32,000 nucleotides of DNA, taken from positions 240,001-272,000 of the forward strand of contig NC_014033.1 of the NCBI RefSeq assembly GCF_000025925.1, read 5' to 3'. Shown piece after piece: positions 8,839-15,232 of the stretch. The notes beneath the pieces were generated by a model. The model worked only from the letters and a program-made list of their open reading frames with translations. It was not told where the DNA came from and did no database searches. Each line of letters opens with the position of its first letter. The stretch's first letter is position 1. The DNA comes from Xylanibacter ruminicola 23. Lineage in GTDB: Bacteria; Bacteroidota; Bacteroidia; Bacteroidales; Bacteroidaceae. A program made the translations under genes and the position numbers.

Positions 8839-10113
8839 ATGAAAAAACTATTATTACTATTGTTGGCTATGGTTGCTTTTAGTGCAACGGCCGATGCGCA
8901 GGGCTTTCTGAAGAAGTTGAAGGATAAAGCCCTCGAAAAAGCAAAAGACAAGATTGAGAACAAGGTTGAGCGCACCGTTGATAAGGAGATGGATGCAGTG
9001 CTCGACGGTAAAAAATCCGAGAAAACATCGAAAGCTAAAAAGCAAGCCGAGGATGCAGCCGAAGCGGTCGACGACACCCCCGATGCCGTAGGTCAGAACC
9101 AGAAGAGCGACTTTGTTCGTGGTAGCGTCATTCTGTTCCAGGACGACTTTGCTAACGAGCAGATGGGTGAGTTCCCTTCAAAATGGGATGTCAGTGATGG
9201 TAGCTTGGAGACAGCCTCTATTAATGGTAAGAAGTATGCGCACAGTAATGCCCCCGACTCACGATTCTCGCCGCTGATGGAGAATATGAAGTCGTACCTG
9301 CCCGATGTGTTCACCCTCGAGTGGGATGAGTTCTTCTGTAAGGCTGGCGATATCCCCGATTTCCCCTTCGAGTTCCAGTTCCTTGATGCAAGTGGCAACC
9401 AGACGGGCCATATATATCTGCGCTATCGCCCAGGCAATCCCGATTGTTATGGCAACTATACCTTTAAGAAGGGTGGTGGTATCGATCAGAATGTTGGTGG
9501 CAGCATGGATTGGGATCATTTAAAGCAATACACCAAGGTTGGTCAGTGGAATCATTTCGCCATCTCGTTCAACAAGCGTGCTTTTAAGTTCTACCTCAAT
9601 GGCACGCGCATCATCAATCTGCCTAATGTAGCAGCCCCTGCTCGTTTCGAGTTCATTATCCAGGACGAGAATCCCTATCGTGGCGTTGCCAATGTGGTGC
9701 TTGCCAAGGGTGCAGTAGAGCTCTATCAGCGCCAGACTACCGATCTCTCAGCTGTAGAGAAAGCCATCGCCGAGACGGGTAAGTTCGTCACCAATAATAT
9801 CCTGTTCGAAACGGGCAAGGCTACCCTGAAGCCCGAGTCGATGGAGGAAATTCAGAAGGTGGCCGACTATATGAAGAAGAACCCCAGTGTGCGTTTCGAG
9901 GTGCAGGGCCATACCGATAATCAGGGCTCCGATAAAATCAACGATCCCCTTTCGCAGCAGCGTGCCGAGGCCGTTGTTAAGGCACTCGCTCAGTTAGGTT
10001 GCGACGAGTTCAACCTCCGTGCCGTAGGCAAAGGCAGTCACGAACCCGTAGCCGATAACAAGACCGATGCCGGCCGCGCCCAGAACCGCCGTGTGGAGTT
10101 TATTAAGAAATAA
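8839..10113 (+). CDS. OmpA-family protein (signal peptide, lectin/LamG-like middle, C-terminal OmpA domain)
   Basis: The C-terminus NILFETGKATL...VQGHTDNQGS...LSQQRAEAV...NRRVEF is the OmpA_C peptidoglycan-binding signature. Confidence 0.8.
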   Translation: MKKLLLLLLAMVAFSATADAQGFLKKLKDKALEKAKDKIENKVERTVDKEMDAVLDGKKSEKTSKAKKQAEDAAEAVDDTPDAVGQNQKSDFVRGSVILFQDDFANEQMGEFPSKWDVSDGSLETASINGKKYAHSNAPDSRFSPLMENMKSYLPDVFTLEWDEFFCKAGDIPDFPFEFQFLDASGNQTGHIYLRYRPGNPDCYGNYTFKKGGGIDQNVGGSMDWDHLKQYTKVGQWNHFAISFNKRAFKFYLNGTRIINLPNVAAPARFEFIIQDENPYRGVANVVLAKGAVELYQRQTTDLSAVEKAIAETGKFVTNNILFETGKATLKPESMEEIQKVADYMKKNPSVRFEVQGHTDNQGSDKINDPLSQQRAEAVVKALAQLGCDEFNLRAVGKGSHEPVADNKTDAGRAQNRRVEFIKK

Positions 10114-10124
10114 CAAGTACCGAT

Positions 10125-11726
10125 ATGAAAAAACACTTAGTAATGCTGGCTGCCTTGCTCATGATGGGCACAGCAGGCGCCAATGCTCAGGGATTTCTGG
10201 GCAAACTAAAACAAAAGGCACAGCAAGCCGTTATCGGTAAAAAAGCAACTGCCGAGATAAGCGAGGCTGTGCAGGACGAGAGCGATGAGCCTGCCGACCC
10301 ATCTAAGTTGGCTGTGGCCGCTGGCGACGATATCGTGCCTAAGCGTAAAACCCCTACAGTTACGTGGGATGGAACCTTTACCCCCTCATCGGCCTCGTCG
10401 GCTTCGGCTTTGATGGCCGAGCTGCCACAGTTGCCATCGGCCGAGAAGATGGCCCGCAGCACCATGGAGGAGCGCGATGCCTATGCACTTAAGATAGCCC
10501 GCGTTGTGGCCCGTGCCGAGCAGTTGCAGGAGGGTGCCAACGGATGCTCCGATGCCGATATGGAAGCCCTGCGCCAAAAGTGGGAGCGCAAAGTGCAGGA
10601 TATGTTTGGCCTTACCAAAGAGGAGATGGCTATCCTGAACGATGAGAACGCGCCCGACTCGAAGAAGGAGCCCATCCAGCAAAAAGTGATGGCTAAAATC
10701 ATGGGTGGCAATGTTAACATGAGCGAGATGGAACGCTTTGAGAAGATGAGCGAGAAAGAGCAAGAGGCTTACATCAAGGCTCACCCCGATTTTGTACAGA
10801 AGATGCAGAAGATGGCCATGAATGCTGGCAACTTTAGCAAGCAGATGCAGCAAACTACAGGTGCCCTTACAGGCTATGAGGCTAAGGTGGGACAGCTGGC
10901 TCAAAACTTTGCTAAGGTGATTACGCGCGAGGCCAATCACGATTACAGTGCCATTGGCAAAAAGTACGATAGTAAGTTGCAGAAGCTTTACGAGCAGATA
11001 TGTGGTATAGATGATGCAGCCAAGATTGATGCCCTTTATGATGAGGCCGATCAGTTGCTGTACAACTATCGTTTAGAGGCTGCCAAGGAGTATCGCGCCT
11101 CGCTGCTGCGCCTGATTTCCGAGCACAAGAAGTTTGCTGCCGAATATACCCGCTTGTCGCGTGAGGTGGTTGCCAGTGGCGATCTGCCAGAATGTGCCAT
11201 CGGTCGTGCCGACCTGAATAGCGTGATTGCCGTGGGCAACATCTTAGACCAGGCCTATAAGGATCTGCCCGAGCTGCAGGCATCGCCCGTTTGTCAGGAA
11301 ACCGTCTACGAACTGCCAAAAGGCTGGACATTTGGTGCCTGGGAGTGTCGTGGCTACATTGGTGGCGTAAACGATTTTAAATCACCTGGTGGCAACTGGC
11401 CTTTGTTGGCCCAGAGCGCTGAGGCTGGCGAGTATGCAGTAGTCGAGAATGGCAAGTTCCGCAAGATTAACGAGGATGAGCTGAAGGCCATTAATAAAAA
11501 GGCCGATGCCCGACTGAAGAAGGGCGCTAATTCAGGCACTAACCCACCTTATGGTGTTTATAAGAGTCGTAGTGGCAAGCGCGTTGTAGAGTACTCTAAA
11601 ACGGGCGAGATTATCCTGAATGGTATGACCACCTACGCTCCAGCGGCCTTCACTGCTAACCCCGATCGTTTAGAGTGGATTATCTTCGATGAGGGTAAGA
11701 TTGTAAAGTGTACTTACAAACTGTAA
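10125..11726 (+). CDS. secreted hypothetical protein
   Basis: The signal peptide ends ANAQ. The gene is tightly packed, 11 nt after the OmpA gene and 1 nt before the next ORF. No domain recognised. Confidence 0.6.
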   Translation: MKKHLVMLAALLMMGTAGANAQGFLGKLKQKAQQAVIGKKATAEISEAVQDESDEPADPSKLAVAAGDDIVPKRKTPTVTWDGTFTPSSASSASALMAELPQLPSAEKMARSTMEERDAYALKIARVVARAEQLQEGANGCSDADMEALRQKWERKVQDMFGLTKEEMAILNDENAPDSKKEPIQQKVMAKIMGGNVNMSEMERFEKMSEKEQEAYIKAHPDFVQKMQKMAMNAGNFSKQMQQTTGALTGYEAKVGQLAQNFAKVITREANHDYSAIGKKYDSKLQKLYEQICGIDDAAKIDALYDEADQLLYNYRLEAAKEYRASLLRLISEHKKFAAEYTRLSREVVASGDLPECAIGRADLNSVIAVGNILDQAYKDLPELQASPVCQETVYELPKGWTFGAWECRGYIGGVNDFKSPGGNWPLLAQSAEAGEYAVVENGKFRKINEDELKAINKKADARLKKGANSGTNPPYGVYKSRSGKRVVEYSKTGEIILNGMTTYAPAAFTANPDRLEWIIFDEGKIVKCTYKL

Positions 11727-11727
11727 A

Positions 11728-12426
11728 ATGGTAGGTTTGCGCTATCTCATACTGTGGTTGCTGCTCTTTATGGGCAGCACCACTGTTTTTTCCACACGTT
11801 ATCAAAAAGTGTTTGGTAGCGATTGGACCTCGGCAGCACGTTATGTGGCCGATCACCACGCCGAGTGGCAGCAGGAGTTTGCGCCCTTTGGTGTGGATTC
11901 ACGTTTGGCCGAGGCTATCGTGTTTCCAGAGCTTATCCGCTATTCCATGTGGCAGGACGAGATAGAGCGAGCCGCCGTTAATGGCCTTTATGTTACCAAA
12001 GGCAGTCAGGGTGCCGACTTCTCTATTGGTCGGTTCCAGATGAAACCCTCGTTTGCCGAGCAGGTAGAGCAGGCGTGGAACCGTTCTTCGTTATCCAAGC
12101 AATACGGCTTTGTGTTCAACCTGCAGCCCAACAACCAAGCCCGTCGCTCGCGCATTCGCCGACTCTCCACCATGCAAGGCCAGTGCCGTTATCTGGCCAT
12201 TTTTATCTTGTTACAACAGCAGCGCCATCCCCAGTTGTCCCGTTTGTCGCACAAGGACCAGGTGCGATTCTTAGCCACCGCCTATAACCGCTCCTTTACC
12301 GCCTCCTATAGTCAGATACGCAAAATGCAGCACCACCGCCATTACCACACCGATGTTATCAAAACCCGCAGCACCCGCCTTTACTGCTATGCCGATATCG
12401 CCGTAGCGTATTACAATCAAATATAG
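11728..12426 (+). CDS. secreted hypothetical protein with weak lytic-transglycosylase-like motifs
   Basis: Has a signal/anchor segment. FPELIRYS ... SIGRFQMKP loosely resembles the SLT catalytic Glu and GLMQ motifs. This is a weak call. Confidence 0.45.
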   Translation: MVGLRYLILWLLLFMGSTTVFSTRYQKVFGSDWTSAARYVADHHAEWQQEFAPFGVDSRLAEAIVFPELIRYSMWQDEIERAAVNGLYVTKGSQGADFSIGRFQMKPSFAEQVEQAWNRSSLSKQYGFVFNLQPNNQARRSRIRRLSTMQGQCRYLAIFILLQQQRHPQLSRLSHKDQVRFLATAYNRSFTASYSQIRKMQHHRHYHTDVIKTRSTRLYCYADIAVAYYNQI

Positions 12427-12461
12427 AGCTCACAGACCATGCTGTGGGCTCTATCTCTTTT
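12425..12461 (+). terminator. intrinsic terminator-like hairpin after the 11728-12426 gene
   Basis: AGAGCTCACAG (12425-12435) pairs with CTGTGGGCTCT (12442-12452) over 11 bp with one G-U pair. A T-rich tract follows. Confidence 0.55.
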
Positions 12462-12550
12462 AATGGTTAATGGTTCGTGGTTGTTGTTCAACCTGCCATG
12501 CCGCTCGGCTATGCCGCTTGGCTTGTCCAAGAACTTGTGGCGCTTCGGGG

Positions 12551-12652
12551 CTAAGCCCCGATGCACGATGTCGCGCCCAGGGCCGTTACAATCGCTGTAG
12601 CGATACTGGCAATCATCTGCACGATAAACTTTAATGTTTCTTTCTTTGTCAT
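12551..12652 (-). CDS. 33-aa mini-protein MTKKETLKFIVQMIASIATAIVTALGATSCIGA (small peptide partner of the HU-like gene)
   Basis: Hand-translated ATG...TAG ORF, not in the ORF track because it is under 60 aa. It lies directly downstream of the HU-like gene on the same strand. As I recall, NCBI labels this family 'smalltalk protein'; that recollection is unverified. Confidence 0.5.
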   Translation of the reverse strand: MTKKETLKFIVQMIASIATAIVTALGATSCIGA

Positions 12653-12656
12653 AGCT

Positions 12657-12691
12657 TTTAATGTTTAATGTTTAATGGTCAATGGTCAATG
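12657..12691 (-). repeat. five tandem heptamers (sense: CATTGAC x2, CATTAAA x3) 4 nt upstream of the mini-ORF start
   Basis: Read directly on the + strand: TTTAATG x3 (12657-12677) and GTCAATG x2 (12678-12691). Confidence 0.9.
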
Positions 12692-12695
12692 GATA

Positions 12696-12719
12696 GGGTG
12701 GGGCTTTCGCCCCAAACCC
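12696..12719 (-). other. GC-rich hairpin with a GAAA tetraloop between the HU-like gene and the mini-ORF
   Basis: The minus strand reads GGGTTTGGGGC GAAA GCCCCACCC and begins 1 nt after the HU stop codon. No U-run follows, so an RNA processing or stability element is more likely than a terminator. Confidence 0.5.
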
Positions 12720-13256
12720 TTAGTCTCCGATGGGCTCATTATGGTTTCCACCGCCACCGGTATTGCCACCAGTGTTTCCACCGGTATTACCACCGTTCGA
12801 TGGCTGGTCGGGATCCTCGATATCGCCGCTATCACCGCTGGTCACACGCTTCAGCACTTTGCCATCCTCGTCCAGGCAGGTAATCTGGATGCTGGTATTC
12901 TTCAGCTCGTCCTTAACGTCCACGTTAGGGGTAAAGATAATGCGACGAACACTGATCAATCCAGTCTTTACGTCCTCCAGGTTCTCAACGGCCTTACTGC
13001 GCACTCCGAATCGCATGGTACCCAGACCTGGCAGTGGTACTGAGTGACCCTCGGTGGCCCACGTACGGATTACTTCACCTGCAGCATCCCAAGCTGCCTT
13101 AATTACACCTGCAGAGATACCCGAGTGGGTGGCTGCCTCTGCGAACACTTTCTTCTCCTGGATAGGGCTATACAGCTCAGGACGCATAATGAATCGCTTA
13201 CCAGGTTTGTTGCCGATTTTAAGCTCTCGGCGCTGAGCAATTACTTTAATCGCCAT
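12720..13256 (-). CDS. Bacteroidales HU-related DNA-binding protein with a Gly/Asn/Thr-repeat C-terminal tail
   Basis: The N-terminal 120 aa (KPGKRFIMRPELYS...IRTWATEGHSVPLPGLGTMRFGVRS) match the HU-related family typical of Bacteroides/Prevotella. The tail is SNGGNTGGNTGGNTGGGGN. Confidence 0.75.
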   Translation of the reverse strand: MAIKVIAQRRELKIGNKPGKRFIMRPELYSPIQEKKVFAEAATHSGISAGVIKAAWDAAGEVIRTWATEGHSVPLPGLGTMRFGVRSKAVENLEDVKTGLISVRRIIFTPNVDVKDELKNTSIQITCLDEDGKVLKRVTSGDSGDIEDPDQPSNGGNTGGNTGGNTGGGGNHNEPIGD

Positions 13257-13441
13257 ACTTCTAAAATTTTTAATGGTTAATGTTTGATATTTTCAATAAT
13301 CTCGCTTTGCCGCCTTGGAGTGCAGATTTCAACCGCTATTAGTACTTTCAATTGTTACTATTAATGCGCGCAATTTCTAGATTTAATTCTCGCAATTTTT
13401 AGCCTTAATGCCGCTGCTCTTACTCTCTCAATTTGACAATG

Positions 13442-13449
13442 CAAAGGTA
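13442..13449 (-). promoter_or_regulatory. -7 promoter box (rc TACCTTTG) for the HU-like gene
   Basis: This is the only TAnnTTTG match upstream of 13256 on the minus strand. It implies a leader of about 180 nt with no ATG. Confidence 0.45.
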
Positions 13450-13528
13450 CGAAAAATTCAGCATATATACAAGCGTTTGTTCATTTTATTTTTAATTTAT
13501 TTCTACATAGATTTACCACTACCGAGCA

Positions 13529-13553
13529 CCTAACGTCCTAACGTTCTAACATT
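13529..13553 (+). repeat. CTAAC repeat block CCTAACGTCCTAACGTTCTAACATT
   Basis: Read directly. It shares CTAACGTCCTAAC with 21808-21820. Confidence 0.9.
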
Positions 13554-13595
13554 GCGATTTCTCAATTATCCCATCACCTATCAATACTCTCTATA

Positions 13596-13647
13596 AATAT
13601 ATATTATTATATTATATATTATAATATATAATATAATAATATATATT
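13596..13647. repeat. perfect 52-bp palindrome composed only of A and T
   Basis: Checked base by base about the centre at 13621/13622. All 26 pairs are complementary, and the symmetry breaks at 13595/13648. Confidence 0.95.
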
Positions 13648-13658
13648 CTAATAAGCAC

Positions 13659-13716
13659 GTTAGTTACTACCTAACAAAATACCAAATGTTAGTTTGTTAG
13701 GTGGTTAGATGGTTAG
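13659..13716. repeat. GTTAG repeat block (inverted relative to 13529-13553), including a 9-bp inverted repeat CCTAACAAA/TTTGTTAGG
   Basis: Read directly. 13685-13701 is the reverse complement of CCTAACAAACTAACATT at 21823-21839. The 9-bp stem is 13670-13678 with 13693-13701. Confidence 0.9.
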
Positions 13717-13724
13717 GTGGATTG

Positions 13725-14897
13725 CTAATACGTTAGTCCAAACTGCCAAAGGGGGATGATGTTGGCATGGCCTGTTTCGATATCGTCTTTCACTACGTAG
13801 CCTTGGGCTGCATTTTGTATCTGTTTCTGCTTCTTACTTTTTCCGCCCACCTCAAAGGTCTTGCCGTCTATTTCGAAATCGCTTATTCGTGAACTGATGA
13901 CATCAGTAGTTACACGCATCTGATTGTAGAAGAAAGTCTCGCGGATGTTGCCAATGTCGGTACTCTCATGTCCAAGTACATAGGCCAGGTTCGTGTTGTC
14001 AAGATATACTTTCTCTACCTTTCCTAAGCCACGTATGCCGCCAGTATCGTCGCGTAGTTGTCCTATCATACCAGCCTGTTCCATGTAGAGGAAGTAGTCG
14101 GGTAGCACGTTGCGACTTACACCTATAACTGTGGCCAACGACTCCATGACAGGTTTAAAGGGTACACTCTGTGCTATCACGGCCAGTAGCTTCTTTAGTT
14201 TGCGGCCTGTTGATGCGTTCATATTCGCATATTGGGGAATGTCTACCTCCATTGTTTGGTTGATAACCTGGCGCATACGCATCTCGTAGCCACCCTCGTT
14301 TGCAAATGGATAGTAGCCGTTTTTTAGATAATCCCTGAATAGTGGTAGAGGATGATTGATGGCATCAAGTTTCGCTTTATGCTCCAGGATATCGTTGATG
14401 GTATATACCGGGGCGTTTATGTTATGAAATAATGCCAGATATTCTCGGAAAGAAAGTCCCTGCATGGTATATATCAGCGTACGTCGGCTCAGGTCGGATG
14501 CTCCTTTTGTGATATCAAGTATGGATGAGCCTGTGAATCCAACCTTCAAGTCTGGATGAGAGTCATAGATGAGTTTCAATTCTCGCGACCAGTTCTCGTA
14601 TTTATGAATCTCGTCGATGAATATCTGCTCACCACCGTCTTTTACAAACTCATCTACAGTGGCGATAAGTGTGTGGGTTGAGAAATACAGATGGTCGGCA
14701 GCTACATATAGCATGTGCCGCTTGTCTCTGTTCTCCTTGATGTATTGCAGGATCATTGTTGACTTTCCCACACCACGTGGGCCAACAAGTCCAAACATTC
14801 TCGACTCCCAACTCACCTGATCGTACATATACCGATGGAATGTTGAAGTGGTTAACTTCAACTGACTCTCCATGAATTCAATAAGCGAAATATCCAT
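13725..14897 (-). CDS. AAA+ ATPase of the AAA_14/DUF4143 type
   Basis: Walker A is LVGPRGVGKST and Walker B is IFIDEIH. Length and C-terminal region are typical of DUF4143 ATPases. Start set at MDISLIEF (14897), since the ORF-track extension runs across the promoter and operators. Confidence 0.8.
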   Translation of the reverse strand: MDISLIEFMESQLKLTTSTFHRYMYDQVSWESRMFGLVGPRGVGKSTMILQYIKENRDKRHMLYVAADHLYFSTHTLIATVDEFVKDGGEQIFIDEIHKYENWSRELKLIYDSHPDLKVGFTGSSILDITKGASDLSRRTLIYTMQGLSFREYLALFHNINAPVYTINDILEHKAKLDAINHPLPLFRDYLKNGYYPFANEGGYEMRMRQVINQTMEVDIPQYANMNASTGRKLKKLLAVIAQSVPFKPVMESLATVIGVSRNVLPDYFLYMEQAGMIGQLRDDTGGIRGLGKVEKVYLDNTNLAYVLGHESTDIGNIRETFFYNQMRVTTDVISSRISDFEIDGKTFEVGGKSKKQKQIQNAAQGYVVKDDIETGHANIIPLWQFGLTY

Positions 14898-14918
14898 AAT
14901 CGTTATATTTTTTTGCTG

Positions 14919-14926
14919 CAAATATA
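14919..14926 (-). promoter_or_regulatory. -7 promoter box (rc TATATTTG) of the ATPase gene
   Basis: A TAnnTTTG match lies 22 nt upstream of the ATG at 14897. Confidence 0.5.
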
Positions 14927-14932
14927 ATAAAA

Positions 14933-14983
14933 ATGCACTATGGTAGTGCATAAAACAATAGAAAAGTGCACTAAAATAGTGCA
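14933..14983. promoter_or_regulatory. two copies of the palindrome TGCACTA-N3-TAGTGCA (operator-like)
   Basis: The copies are at 14934-14950 (arms extend to 8 bp) and 14967-14983, with centres 33 bp apart. The proximal copy abuts the -7 box. Confidence 0.5.
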
Positions 14984-15098
14984 ATTTAACGATTTTTTAC
15001 GGAAAACCTTTGAAAATGAACTTTCTTGCTTAGCAAGCCCATGTGCTAAATTGTCTTAATATATTTCCTGCATCTTTTGTTAGGTGCAGGATTATTTG

Positions 15099-15106
15099 TA
15101 CTTTTG
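15099..15106 (+). promoter_or_regulatory. -7 promoter box TACTTTTG for the orphan ORF pair
   Basis: TAnnTTTG with a TTTG at 15076-15079 in a plausible -33 position. It lies about 125 nt upstream of the ATG at 15233. Confidence 0.4.
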
Positions 15107-15171
15107 TGTACTTAAATTAATTTGAATTAATCAATGGCTAAGAACAACAAAAACCAAATAGAGGTTGAACC

Positions 15172-15188
15172 GGTCACAAAATGTGACC
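15172..15188. promoter_or_regulatory. palindrome GGTCACA-AAA-TGTGACC in the leader of the orphan pair
   Basis: Perfect 7-N3-7 inverted repeat with the same geometry as the ATPase operators but a different sequence. Confidence 0.45.
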
Positions 15189-15232
15189 AGTTAGGAATAA
15201 TATTTGGACTGTTATAATAAGATATGTAATAT

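Noticed and set aside
12487-12550. Tandem 13-mer C(C/T)ATGCCGCT(C/T)GG x2 and a 17-codon ORF downstream of the mini-ORF
   Set aside because: There are only two imperfect copies, and the tiny ORF has no start context. This is more likely decayed sequence than a feature. It is noted only as possible remains of a lost gene.
13408-13533. 41-codon ORF (MPLLLLSQFDNAKV...) on the + strand in the HU-like upstream region
   Set aside because: It runs antisense through the HU-like promoter box. It has AT-rich junk-like composition (ILFLIYFYI) and no promoter or conserved context.
14898-14984. ORF-track N-terminal extension of the ATPase (MHYFSALFYCFMHYHSAFLL...)
   Set aside because: The extension is produced by translating the twin palindromes and the -7 box. 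The conserved-looking N-terminus begins at MDISLIEF (14897).
15134-15217. 27-codon uORF (MAKNNKNQIEVEPVTKCDQLGIIFGLL) as a bona fide gene
   Set aside because: Only an ATG and an open frame support it, and it overlaps the leader palindrome. It is kept as a possibility in the control-region finding but not called as a CDS.
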